Shown here one piece after another: positions 26,168-37,537 of a stretch of DNA of 64,000 bases. A program made the position numbers and the translations under genes. The stretch covers positions 1,110,692 through 1,174,691 of the forward strand of contig CAJINV010000009.1 of assembly GCA_905178155.1 (NCBI GenBank), given 5' to 3'. The notes beneath the pieces were generated by a model that was not told where the DNA came from, ran no database searches, and saw only the letters and a program-made list of their open reading frames with translations. The first letter of the stretch is position 1. Each line of letters starts with the position of its first letter. Origin of the DNA: Amoebophrya sp. A120. Taxonomy: Eukaryota > Protista > Dinoflagellata.

Positions 26168-27585
26168 CGCAACGTCGCACAAATGACAAAAATCAAATTA
26201 ACGCAAGTAGCAGCTGCGGACTCACTTGTCAACTGTTCAAAGCTTTCTTATTCTTTCGCGTGTCGTCGCTGGCATTCGTCTCTCGAGATTTTTTTCATAC
26301 GCATTGACTTTCTTCTAACAAGCCCGTCCCCCCACCCCAAAAATATCCATCGTACCAGCGAAAAGCAAAAACAATTTAGCCTTTTTTCTCCCTCTTTAGT
26401 CAGAAGTTGGGCAACAATTAAGCTAGAAGGAAATCAAATCATAATCACTCGTGTTTTCACACTGAACACGACGAACACACAGCGCCAACTAAAGGACCAG
26501 AGGACCGGTCAGACCAGTAGCGCCTTCTGAAAATTTTCCTCCTCCCCACACGAGCACAGCCTGTCGGCGATGTCTACAGCCATCGATTCTTTCTTTCCTC
26601 CGTAGATTTCCCCTAGGAATACCACTTTGCCCACTCAGTCATTCCCGTCGCGTTGCGTAAAGAAGACTTGACAGTAGAGCACAGTTGCCAGCAAAGATCT
26701 ACTTTGTCAACTTGCTTCCTCGGAAATGGTTGACATGGACCGCTTTTTGAACGGAGAGCGACGGATCTTTTCGAGTTCTTCTGCCAGGGAAGGCTCCAAC
26801 AAGTCTCCGTGCAGGTTCAGATTCAGTGCGAGCCTCTCCGGTCGGCGCAGCACAGCCTGTTGAAAGACGTGTTTGAAGAAGTCTGTAGGCAGCAAAATTC
26901 TGACCTATGGTCGTGCACTGATTTGTTCAAACGGACCTGCCAACACTTTTCCTTTGAACGTGGTTCAAATTTGTTCAAGCAAAATGCTCAAGCGTACCTC
27001 TTCCTCCCCGCCACGCAAAACTCCGCCCAGCTCCGTCTGCCACTTCTTGAATTATCAACTGTAAAAGTGTCTGGGTCTGGAAGAATGCAAGTTTGTCATG
27101 CTTGCCTGGCATGACTCGAGAATCTGTGTTGCATAGGCACGAAAAAGCCCTCTTACCTGTCATGCAAAAAAGCAGTTTGCCATGCGAAATGCGTAAGACA
27201 TGGCAGTCAAAAAATTTGTCATGCATAGCTGCGTATTGCAGTGCGTCTATCATTCATTTTTAGCATTACAAGTTTCCAGACCCAGACATTTTTGCATTTG
27301 ATATGAATTCTTCGTCGGCAAGCTTGTCCATTTCGGATTCTTCCTGTTCCAAAATGGTGTCCAGAGTCAAAAACTCCTCCCTTTTTTGCGCTATCATGTG
27401 GAAAAGTTTCCTTGGGCATGGTCCGCATCAGAACAGCTCGCTCCGAAGTTATTCATCATCATCATCATGAGTTGCAGATAATTAAGTATGTACAGCAGAT
27501 TTTGCCAACAAATTGGCTCTGTCTTCATTATCTGCAACGAGAAAGCGAAAAACAGCACGCTGCGTCACTTCACGACGATTCTAGT

Positions 27586-30500
27586 TTATGCAAGTATACG
27601 CCCCTTTGCAGATGGCCTCAAGCACCGACCTCCGCTGAAGATGAAGAAACCTTTCCGTGTGATAAGCGCTTCTATTTCTTCCTGAACCTTTTCGCCGTGC
27701 AGCATCTCCTCCCGCTTTATGCAGTCTTCGTGCTTTTGAATGGCTCGGGTGAACTTTTCCAGCTGCGCTTTGCTCTCGTCCAGTAGCTTACTGGCGCCCT
27801 GCTGAAACTGCTCGACCAGCTGTAACTGCTCCTGCTCCCAGTTCAGCAGCTCAGGCTCCTTGAAGAACCGGCGCTTGTTCGTGCCCGTGTGGTGAGAAAG
27901 CTTCTCGACCGCAGTGGACTTGTCGTGCGCTTCGAGCAACTGCAGCTGCTTGTTGTTGGTTTGCAGGATCAAACTCTTCTTTTTCAGGGTATTCTCGAGA
28001 TCATCCGCTGTTTTGATGTTCACATGTTGTCGTGTATTCACTGTCGTGGCAGCATTTTGATCCTCGGCGTTTGCCGTTCCCTCAGTATCCGCGTCAGGCT
28101 GGTTGTCCCAATCTGCTTGATCGGCCGCGGCGCCGTCAACCAAAACATCTTCCAGCTTCAGCAGAAATTCCGCGTCCAGCTCGTGGCTCATGCCTTGCCG
28201 TGCTTTGCTCGGACTCTTGTTCGCACCATTTCCAGTTGTTGCGTTCTTCCACGCGATCGGCACCGGCTCGTCGTTCAGAAACGCCAGACACTTAAATTTG
28301 CTGCCTTGCTTTATCACCTCGAGGAATTCAGGCTCCTCGGCGTCTTTCTCCTGTTCTTTTCTGATTTCCCCTGTCTCCTGTAGCTGCTCAGATGGATGAT
28401 CATCTCCATCGACTGGTTCTGCTGGATCACTGGTTGCTGCGTTCTTCAACTCAGGCTCCGTGCCCGTGGTCTTCTGATCTGCATTTCTTGGGTCATCTTC
28501 GCCTTCCCGCTGCTGTTCTGCTCTTTCAGCTTCATCTTTCACCACATTCATATGCAATTCCGCCAGGGTTTCCCCGAAGTTCTCCGCGATCTGCGACACG
28601 ACCTTCGCTGTCGGCCCGACCAGCGGGTTTCCCGCCAAGTCCAGCGCCTCTAGACCCGTGAACACTTGAGTATTACAGGTGCCAGAAAGCTCGTTCGCGG
28701 AAGATCTTGCAGTGTCAGCAAAACGACCGTCGTCACTTTGTTCGGGAAAAAGCGCACGAATCCCGTTGTTGTTCAGAAACAGTTCGCGCAGCTCTGGCAA
28801 CGTCGCCTGGTTGTGCGTCGCTCCTGCTTGTTCCGATGGCGGCGGCGGTTTCTTGGACGATTGAGGATCTGCTGACGAGGACGAGGACGTCGCACTCCCA
28901 GACGAGGGACTTGTGGAAAGCGAAGTGATTCTGTTCTGCACCAGACTCAACGTCATCAGGCGTGGCATGGTCGGGACCCGGACTGGCTCGTTGCTCAGGC
29001 TATTTGTGTTGACAGAACTTGTTTTATTCGCCCCTTTGCTGAAACTCTGCGCACCCAGCGATCCTTGGGTCAAGTCGACGGGTCTCCCGGTTCCACTTGT
29101 TCTGTTCATGATCTCCGCAGAATTTGTACCAGTACTATTTCCTGTGAGTACCACTCCTAGCTCCCCCGGGGTTTTCTTGGTGAACAAGAAGCTCAGGTTG
29201 TCGATCTGGTTGAAGTCCAACTCCAGTTCCTTCAGCGCCGACAAGTTCCCTAGTGCCTTGTGCAGCGGCACAAAGGTCTTACTCAAGGCCAGTTCGCTGA
29301 TGGAGGGCCGCTGCAGTGTAGTGGATTCTGATGCGCGCGACGAGAAGGACACCGCAGCGCTGGAACTGTGTGACGAAGACCGCCCACTGCGTGCGGTCGA
29401 CAGCGGCGTAGGACACACTGACGAAGCTACGGACTCGCCCTGATCCTCTCCTCGAGATCCAGCACTCGAGAGCAGAATTGAGCCGATTCTGTTGTGGTTC
29501 AGACACAGCACTTCCAACTTCGGGAGCCACTGCAGACTGGTTGACAAGTTCGCGATACGATTGTGCGACAGGTGCAACTCTTTCAGGCTGGGCGGAAAGA
29601 CGGACCTGGCTCTGTTCCCTCCCTGTCGGCCCGTAGCCGCGTTGTAGCCTGCTCTTGATGTTCTGCTGGATTTGCCAAAACTGCTCCCTGTGCTCTCCTG
29701 CTGCGCTAGCAGCTGCTCTCCTGCTTCGCTGACCGTATCTAGTTGTGAGAGCTGCAGTTTCTGGCCCTTTCGCGTGAAAGAAGAAAGCAAGTTGACGCTA
29801 CCAGCAGCGGACGAGAAAACTGATGAAACACCGGAACCGGGTCGACTGCCTACAAGTCGGCTAGACGAGGCAGACACCGGGGTTTGCGCCGCGCTGCTCG
29901 CATTGCTCGGCGGTAGGGAGCTTTGCGCAGCCCCGTTGAATGCAGTTGCGCCAGAAGCAGCTCCGATATTCGCAGTCGCTGGTGTCGCGAGCAACCCCTT
30001 GGTGTCGATTTTGTTTTTGTCCAGGTTTAAAAATGTGAGCGACTTCAGGTTTTCGAGGTTTTGAACTTTCGCAATTTTGTTGTACTGCAGTTCCAGTCGC
30101 TCGAGAAACTGAAAGTGTTCCAGGTTTTCCATTTTCTCGATCTCGCAGGAATGCAGGGAGAGTTCCCGCAGTTGCACCAGTGGCTCCAGGTTCTCGATTT
30201 TACGCAGGTTGTTGCCGGACAAATCCAATTTCCGCAAATTTTTCACGACGAGCTGATACTCGCGAATCTGCTCCACAGGGACCACGGGTACGATCGCTTG
30301 CTCCGTCGTTGCTTCCTCCTCTTTGTAGAAAAGCGGATCGACACTGTCGAGAAAGCTGAACGTTAATTCACACGCCGACTTGTCTTGCGAAAGGTTCGAT
30401 TGCAAAAGCTTCGAGGTGAGCGCTATTTTTATCGCCTCCGGCTTTTCTTGGTTTTTCCTTCCGTTGCCAACCTCGGTAATTTCCTTTTCTTCCTCGGTGG

Positions 30501-30852
30501 AAAAGGTGCCGTCCTCCTTTTTCGCATCTTCGATGGCAATCCGAAACTCATCGCGAATCTGCTTCAGAGGCGACAACGCACCAGAGGTGTCGTCTAGGTC
30601 GGTCACTCTCGAAGTTGTGGTCGCGGTTCCCAATTGGCGTTGCGGAGATTTCGACCGGTTGGCTGGGCGCGTTCCTTGTCGCGCCGGTGATGCCGATCGG
30701 AGATGCTCTGCTGCATGGCTCGCAACACCGGGAGCCGTCTCTGCCACACCGGAAGTTTTTATATGCAGTGCGCTGGCTCCCGACGCGGACTTCTTCGGTG
30801 AAAAAGCAGACGCGCGTGGCACGTAGGCCCATTTCCGTGGCTGTTGCAACAT
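27586..30852 (-). CDS. Leucine-rich repeat protein (SDS22-like repeats) with low-complexity inserts and a C-terminal coiled coil
   Basis: Repeats LRKLDLSGNNLRKIENL, LRELSLHSCEIEKMENL, LERLELQYNKIAKVQNL, LKELHLSHNRIANL, LKELELDFNQIDNL and LRELFLNNNGIRAL. Likely start AAAAAATG at 30852. Further 3' exons possible. Confidence 0.85.
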   Translation of the reverse strand: MLQQPRKWAYVPRASAFSPKKSASGASALHIKTSGVAETAPGVASHAAEHLRSASPARQGTRPANRSKSPQRQLGTATTTSRVTDLDDTSGALSPLKQIRDEFRIAIEDAKKEDGTFSTEEEKEITEVGNGRKNQEKPEAIKIALTSKLLQSNLSQDKSACELTFSFLDSVDPLFYKEEEATTEQAIVPVVPVEQIREYQLVVKNLRKLDLSGNNLRKIENLEPLVQLRELSLHSCEIEKMENLEHFQFLERLELQYNKIAKVQNLENLKSLTFLNLDKNKIDTKGLLATPATANIGAASGATAFNGAAQSSLPPSNASSAAQTPVSASSSRLVGSRPGSGVSSVFSSAAGSVNLLSSFTRKGQKLQLSQLDTVSEAGEQLLAQQESTGSSFGKSSRTSRAGYNAATGRQGGNRARSVFPPSLKELHLSHNRIANLSTSLQWLPKLEVLCLNHNRIGSILLSSAGSRGEDQGESVASSVCPTPLSTARSGRSSSHSSSAAVSFSSRASESTTLQRPSISELALSKTFVPLHKALGNLSALKELELDFNQIDNLSFLFTKKTPGELGVVLTGNSTGTNSAEIMNRTSGTGRPVDLTQGSLGAQSFSKGANKTSSVNTNSLSNEPVRVPTMPRLMTLSLVQNRITSLSTSPSSGSATSSSSSADPQSSKKPPPPSEQAGATHNQATLPELRELFLNNNGIRALFPEQSDDGRFADTARSSANELSGTCNTQVFTGLEALDLAGNPLVGPTAKVVSQIAENFGETLAELHMNVVKDEAERAEQQREGEDDPRNADQKTTGTEPELKNAATSDPAEPVDGDDHPSEQLQETGEIRKEQEKDAEEPEFLEVIKQGSKFKCLAFLNDEPVPIAWKNATTGNGANKSPSKARQGMSHELDAEFLLKLEDVLVDGAAADQADWDNQPDADTEGTANAEDQNAATTVNTRQHVNIKTADDLENTLKKKSLILQTNNKQLQLLEAHDKSTAVEKLSHHTGTNKRRFFKEPELLNWEQEQLQLVEQFQQGASKLLDESKAQLEKFTRAIQKHEDCIKREEMLHGEKVQEEIEALITRKGFFIFSGGRCLRPSAKGRILA

Positions 30853-31649
30853 TTTTTCTCGGGTTCGCGTAGGAGGTACAATCGGAACGCTGAATAAATA
30901 TCTCCCTTTGCGTGAGTACACAATCACAAAAAAAAAGGCCAACCTTCCGTAATACGCAAGAAACCAAAACCAAAATATTCTTTTCTTTTATCGGTCGCGC
31001 CAAACCGGAGCGGCCGATTTCTTGTTTCCTCACGCACCAATCTCATCCGGAAAAAAAGCACAAATTTGACGAACTTCTCTCTGTAAAATTGCGCAGTTCG
31101 CTCACGTTGACAAGATCTCTCCAAAACGCACAAATACGAAATGGAAACACGAAGACACTAGTGATTTCTTTGATAAAAAGATGCGAAATTTACTATTTTG
31201 CGTGAAGGCTACAAAAGGTAGACCCTTCGCCGTCTTTTTTTTTTTTGTGTATCATACGTTTCAATTCATTCCAATATTTCACCCGATGTTATCAGTGTCC
31301 AACAAAAAGTCCACATGTTCACCTGGTTACCAAATTGCTTTCACCGTCACAACAACGAGAAGATGGTCAATCTAATTAATGAAACCGCAGTAAAATATTC
31401 AACCATGAAAAATTAAATCGTAAAAATGCCCGGTTCCGTGTGTTTCTGAGCTTTTGCTTTTTGAAAAATATGGTGCCGAAGCACTATGACATGTGGGTGT
31501 GCTACTACTTATGTGAAAAATTCACCGGATTTCAAAATCTGTCTGTGCGTCGTGTAAAGTTTTTAACAGTGTAATTCTATGCGCAAGCGCAGCTCACTTC
31601 CCACCCGAATCAACTCTTCCGTGCGACATCGTTACCATTGTGCACAATT

Positions 31650-32262
31650 TCACATCTTCTTCGTTGGCGATTGCACGTCTTTCCACTGGAATTTTGCCAT
31701 GGTCTTGTCACCGACGTCAGCACCAGCTGGGCTCGGTGGAATACTCCGCAGCTCTTTCTCCATGCCCTTCAGCCATGTATCTGTTACAATCATTTCACTT
31801 TTATTTTGCCATCCGACATTTTCTAATTCGAATTCCACGTGCGGGTGCGAGGTCACAAAATAAATGCCTGGTTTGACTGCGAGGTGCATTTGTTATTGCA
31901 GAGTAAGTCGTATACTCTTAGATAGAATCAACATACCTCATTCCTGTTCCAAGTGAAACAAATTGAAACAATCCTTCTATACTTCGAAACATGTGACCCG
32001 GGTCTGAGCCCATGCTCATTTTCCCGCTTGACGCAGAAGTGCTGGCAGACCCACTGGTGCTGGCGGTCATTTTCAGCAGCGACTCGACCTTGTTGTCCGG
32101 AATCGGTACCAGGGAGCCCTTCCACGTCAGCGGTTTGTTGTCCTGCTTCAAGACGTTCGGTCTCGCCGCGGGGTGAGCGAACGTTTCGACGTTGGCTCGG
32201 ATGTAGGGCCGGGTGTCACGACGCTCGTGGTCGTGGAACACATACGCTTGCATGCACAACAT
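31650..32262 (-). CDS. Hypothetical protein, 2 exons
   Basis: ORF 31918..32262 joins ORF 31650..31889 through GT-AG intron 31868..31982 (CGA A|gtatag...accag|GC ATT). Confidence 0.5.
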
Positions 32263-33275
32263 GGTGGTCGACGCCGTTTATATGTGCGATGATGATGTAC
32301 CCAGTGGTCGTGGGAGTGAAGCGAGACGTCAAAAAATTAGTAACGTTCGAGAAGGGATACTCTCGAATCCTACAAAGATGATGCGTGCTGTGGGTATCAC
32401 TTGTTGTACTGCTTTCACAATCACGTGAACTGTAGATAGGGATTCATCTTTTCTTCAGTTACTTCAGATGCAGCTGCAAAAAAAATAATGAGGGACAGTA
32501 AAGGCAACACCTGCGTTCATGCGAAAGAAAAACAACCGACTCCGTTAGGCACCGAAAAAGAAAATCTAAAAACACAGCTGCAGCAAAAAAATCCATTACC
32601 GATTGATTCTCTTGCCTGTCTTACGCCAGACAGAAAAGTACCTTCGTCAAAAAATGCGACTCTGTCTACCGAGAAAATTATCTGAATTGATTCTTATTTC
32701 ATGGTGGAAAGACACAAAAAAAATGCGGGTACAACGATTCTATGGATTGCAATTTTTGGATTTGTAGAAACTCATCGCATGAAGATACCGATTAGCTCGA
32801 GTTTGTTGCGCATCAACTCAAAAAAAGGCAACTTAGAAAATTGTACCGACAGGCCGTTCACCACCAAAAAGAACAGGTATTCTACATCGCGTACACACTG
32901 CGACAAAAAGGCTCGACTTTCTCGAGGGCAAACCTGCATTTTTTACTACTCGAACTGGGGAAGATAAAGAGTGCCAAATCTGTCGTGACGCTTCTTCGAA
33001 GAAAGTCGATGGGGATTTAAAAATTCTTCAAGGGGAAAAAAATGTACAAAATGTTTGGGGAAACTTCTAATTCGTCACTTCTGGCCGGGCTTTTTGCAAA
33101 AGAATCTGTTTCGCGTCAAGGATATCGACATCTGCCTAATAACCGGGGATGAATTCTGGTGCAATGCCTTTTAAAAGTGAAAAATGACTGTGAACCTCGT
33201 ACTTGATTTTTCATACTGATACTGAATAATGTAGCGAGAGAGTAATGCGTTTTCATAAAAAAACAAGTACTTTAC

Positions 33276-33400
33276 TGTTTGAATAAGTTGAAACCTGAAA
33301 AGAAAAAGTTGAACCTTGGTTCTGCCTGTTTGAATAAGTTGAAACCTATAAAAAAAAAGCTAGCGAGCCTGATACTTCTTGTTTGAATAAGTTAAAACCT
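33276..33400. repeat. Three copies of a 21-nt motif TGTTTGAATAAGTT(G/A)AAACCT with 51-53 nt period
   Basis: Copies start at 33276, 33327 and 33380. The intervening 30-32 nt are A-rich and related to each other. Confidence 0.85.
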
Positions 33401-33784
33401 GAGGAAGAGATTAGTCGTGGTAAAGAATTTGTGTGAACGGGATTCAAATTCGATACGGAGGACACGACTGCTTCTGCTGCAATGGGAACACGGCTTACAC
33501 ATCACTTTCTTACAAGGGGGACGAATTATTGCCTAGAAAACAAACTGGAACCTCTTCGATTTTCTAGGTGGTGGATGTGGGAAACATCGAAATACAATTA
33601 GTAACAACGGGGTTGTGGGGATCGCAAGAATAACGTGGTTGCAAGAGGAGGGCAAAAATTTCAAAAAGTCGCACCGCAGATATTATCAGCAAGACACTTA
33701 CTCTCGTTTCCAAAACCTGCTCAGATATCGTCTATGCCGCAAAATCATCTGCACCAGTCACGACAAAACACACGCGATCGCATT

Positions 33785-36700
33785 CTACTGCTTGCCCTTT
33801 ATGTTTGCGAGATCGGCCTTGTCAAATTTCGTTGCCAAGGCCACCGCGATGTTGATTTCCTCGTCGTCGATGGCCCGACGGCTCGCGCTGGAACTGGACC
33901 CGCAGAAAATCATGTCGCTGCACCGTCCCGCGCCGGAGGGGCGCACTTGCACCCCCCGCCCGTTGCCACCCGATCGCGAGTTCTCGATCACGGCCGGTCG
34001 GATCACGTGGTGCACCAACAACTCCGTCAGCTCCGTGATTTGTGCGGACTGCCTCTCCAGCAGTTCCTGCTGTTGATTTACCTTCTCGCTGAGCAGCTGC
34101 ATCTCTTGCCTCTGGTTCATCATCCGTGGCTGCTGGCCCTGTTGCACTATGCTCGTTGACTGTCTCTGTGGTGAGAAGGGCGTGGCTTCCCCCTCCGCAA
34201 CCGGTATTCTCTTGTTCCCGCCCTGCATCGGTGGGGGCAGGGGCGGCGCGCCAGAATTCGAGCCCGTCTCGTCCCCATTTACCAAGGTGTGGATCTGTTT
34301 TTTTTTTCACGATAAAATGAGGATTTTTCATGAGAACGCGTCAGCTCCTTTCCCTGCTAGTTCTACATCTACTGCGCTATTAAAGTCATCGAATCACAAA
34401 AGTTTTCGGAGGGAAAGGAAATTCATTGAAGTGCTTACGACATCAATTTGTTCGGATAACATGATGAAGATAAAGCAAGTGTCAAATAAAAGGAGCAACA
34501 GTAAGCACCTTGGTTTCCAAGTTCGCGATCTTATCGACCATCTCGGCGTGGTCGTCGCTGAGCATGGTGTAAAGGGCCTCCGTAGCGATCTCGTTGGGGA
34601 TGACGATGTCGGTGGCGTTGTCTGTGTCTAGGATTGCGCTGCGGATGACACGCTCGCTCTGCCCCTGGGGGATGTCGGGGATCATCTGTTTCAGTTTCTT
34701 CGGCGTTATCATGCGCCCCTCGGTGCGGATGAAGGCTAGGGTTTTGTGGCCCGGCACGAAAAAGTCCGGGTCCTCCAGCGAGCAATCGTTGCCGGAATTT
34801 ATGTAGCACTCGCACGGCCCGCGCACCACCATCCGCCACATGAAGGTGTAGGGAAAGACCTCATTCGTGCTGTCCACGGCCGCTTTGGTGCTGTTGCCCT
34901 TGCTCTTATGTGCGTCCTTGAGCGTCTCTTGGTGGGCCGCGAAGGCGAGCGCGTGCCGCTGTTCCAGCTCCCGGCGGACCAGGATCCGGCGGTTGGCCGA
35001 CCCCACCATGCGGTCCAGGATCTCGTCCAATCGCAGCCGCTCGCGGCGCTTGGACCGCACGTACCGCCCGAAGCTCTCCATCGCTTGCGAAAACAGCGTC
35101 TCCGCCTTCGCCGTCTCGTCGCGCTTCACCTCCAGGTAGGTCTCGAGGATGATGGCCAGCAGCATGTTGAGCATGATCAAGACGATCAAGAGGTGGAAGA
35201 AGGTGAAGTAAACCGCCGTGCCGCTCCACGATACCTCCTTTAGCTGCCCGTAGTCAAAGTCCCCGGCCACCATGCGCCAACACGAAATGATGGCGCGCTG
35301 GACGGAACTGTACTCGTGCACGTAATTCCCGAACAGAAGGGTGCCGATGACCGCGAAGGACGCGAACACCGAGCCGAAGACGATCATGAAGTGCAGAATG
35401 TCGCTGGCCGCCTTCCAGATCGTGTTGGTGACCAGGCCCAGGCGCGGCTGCGCGGAAAAGCCCTTGAACATGCGGCACATGCTGATCACAATGTACAGGA
35501 TCGACTGCAGCTGCGCGTCCGCCACCAGCGCCATGTTGGTTTCCACGCGGTCGTACAGCTGCTCGCGCCGCGCGGATTCCACGAACCCGCCGTTCTTCAC
35601 CAACTTGCCCAGGTCGTCCGCCGCTTCGTTCAACAACACAAACCGCGCGATCACGAACCCGGAACTGATCATGATGGACCAGTCGACCAGGTTCCAGATC
35701 CCCAGGTAGTTCGACAGGAATTTGTGCGTGTTGCCCCAGTAGATCAGCTGCCGGCGGATGTCCATCATTTCGGAAAACAGAATGTACAGGTTCATCAGCA
35801 CCCAGAAAATGTCCACGAACAGCACGAACTGCATGTCGTCGAAGTTGAACATGCGGCCAAAGTCCGTCAGCCACTGGCTGGTAACCGTCATCTGCTTCCG
35901 GATCTGGCCGCCGCGGTAGAAAATGAAGTGCATGGTCACCATCGAGATCGCGCCGTACGCGCGGTTCACGTTCACAAAGTCGACCTCTATCTTGTACGTG
36001 TCCTCTTTGATGACGAAGTCCTCCTCCATCTTCTTCAGCTGCCGCTCCAGCTGCGCGGCCGTCTGGTCCAGCTGCAGGTAGATGGTCTCCTTGCTGCCGT
36101 CGAGGTCGAAGGACCCCACGGGCGCGAGCTCCGACACGTCCTTCATCGGGAACTGCGCGTGCACGCCATACGCGTCCGGGCTGCTGTAGCAGCCGATGCT
36201 GGTGTCCACGTTACCGGTGGTGGAAAACCCGGAAATAATGTCGGCGGGGAGGTACTCGGTGCAGTCGCTGCCCGGCCACACCGGGCTGGACCGGTGGATG
36301 TTGATGCGCACGTCCGTGGCAATGTGGTTGAACCGCATCAGGTCCGACGACTTGATCACCGGGGGGGCCGGGGTCGTGCCAAGGGTCGAGTTGTAATAGT
36401 TGGCCATGCCGCCCAGCTTAAGCGCGCCCTGCTCGGAAGAAACGTAGCCGGAGGTCAGCATCAGGGGCACGAAACCCAACCGCATAAATGAGTACCAGTC
36501 GCCGAGGTTGTGCACATCGACGAATCCCTTGATGCCCCAGGTATCTGTTGAGAAAGAATTTTGTTGAATATCTTCAGTAACCACTTGCTACATTTCATTC
36601 ATCGGCGCACAAAAATCGTGTAGGTTCTTTGTCTACATACAATTTAAATTTTGGGTACATCAGGTACAGCCTACTACATTAATACCGTACCGGTTCACTT

Positions 36701-37537
36701 ACTCGTGCTTTATTATCGTTCTTTGACGCAACCAAACAAAAAGCAAAATAGAAGCTATACTCGTCGCATCGATGGCGAAGTTCGCGTTTTCCTGGACCCA
36801 GTTGGTCATGGACTCGGAGATGTCCATCTGGTGCGGCACCGAGAAGTGCCAGAGCACGAGAAACGAGAAGATGACCACCAGGCCGATCGAGCAGGGCAGG
36901 GTGAGACAGGCCTGCTCGTCGTCCAGCTCCTTTTGCAGCCACTCAATGAGCTCGATCTCCTTGATCCCCTCGGTCCGGGAGACGTAGTCCGCCTGGCCCC
37001 GCTTCTGCTTGCTGGTGGCGAGCTCTTTCATCTTCCGCTGCAGCAGGGACTCCTTCTGCATGTCCCGCATGTAGCCGTCCGCCTGGTACCCCGTCAGCAA
37101 GTCGTTCGCCATCTGCTTCACCTGGGTCAAGCTCGCTGTGTAGTCCGCGGCTTCCGTGGGAACCAACTCCGCCGTGTATCACAGTGAAAAATGCCCCCAC
37201 CCCCAAAGTTGCAAGAATTTGTGCTGCGAAGTTTCCAAATGAAAACTTTCTGTCATGCATGAAAGGAGTATGAATCTTTCCGATGCAGAGTCTTGGCGTA
37301 TATCGCATCGCTTGCATGACGAGCGCCGCTCTTGCTGGGATCTTTTGCAATACAAATTTTTGCTCTTCACGATTGGAAATCTGTGATGCTGGTACATGGA
37401 AGAGGGCGAGTGTTTCATTTGCAAAGGTTTGCAATACAAATGCTCCCAAGTTTGGGAGTGGGGGGCATTTTTCATTGTAATACCGTGTCCCCGCGGTTGC
37501 CGCTGTTGTTCAGCACGGACTGCACTAAGGCCGCCAT
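33785..37537 (-). CDS. PKD2: Polycystin-2 (PKD2/TRPP)-like cation channel, 4 exons including one non-canonical intron
   Basis: Motifs YLGIWNLVDW, RMFKGFSAQPRLGLVTNTIWKAASDILHFMIVF, GTLLFGNYVHEYSS, MVAGDFDY and LIMLNMLLAIILETYLEVK. GT-AG introns 36545..36760 and 34295..34508. A first exon MAALVQSVLNNSGNRGDT (AAAATG at 37537) joins in frame only if the 37177..37482 element is excised. Confidence 0.88.
37177..37482. mobile_element. MITE-like introner: 35-nt terminal inverted repeats and a perfect 5-nt direct repeat
   Basis: TATCACAGTGAAAAATGCCCCC-ACCCCCAAAGTT versus revcomp TATTACAATGAAAAATGCCCCCCACTCCCAAACTT (30/35). Flanked by CCGTG at 37172-37176 and 37483-37487. Confidence 0.9.

Noticed and set aside
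33276-33400. CRISPR-like repeat-spacer pattern
   Set aside because: Only three repeats, the spacers are A-rich and similar to each other, there are no cas genes, and the context is an intron-rich eukaryote.
10773-36491. Long plus-strand ORFs (for example 11278..12138, 21716..22711, 23600..24670, 35316..36491)
   Set aside because: Antisense shadows of GC-rich minus-strand exons, with no recognisable domains.
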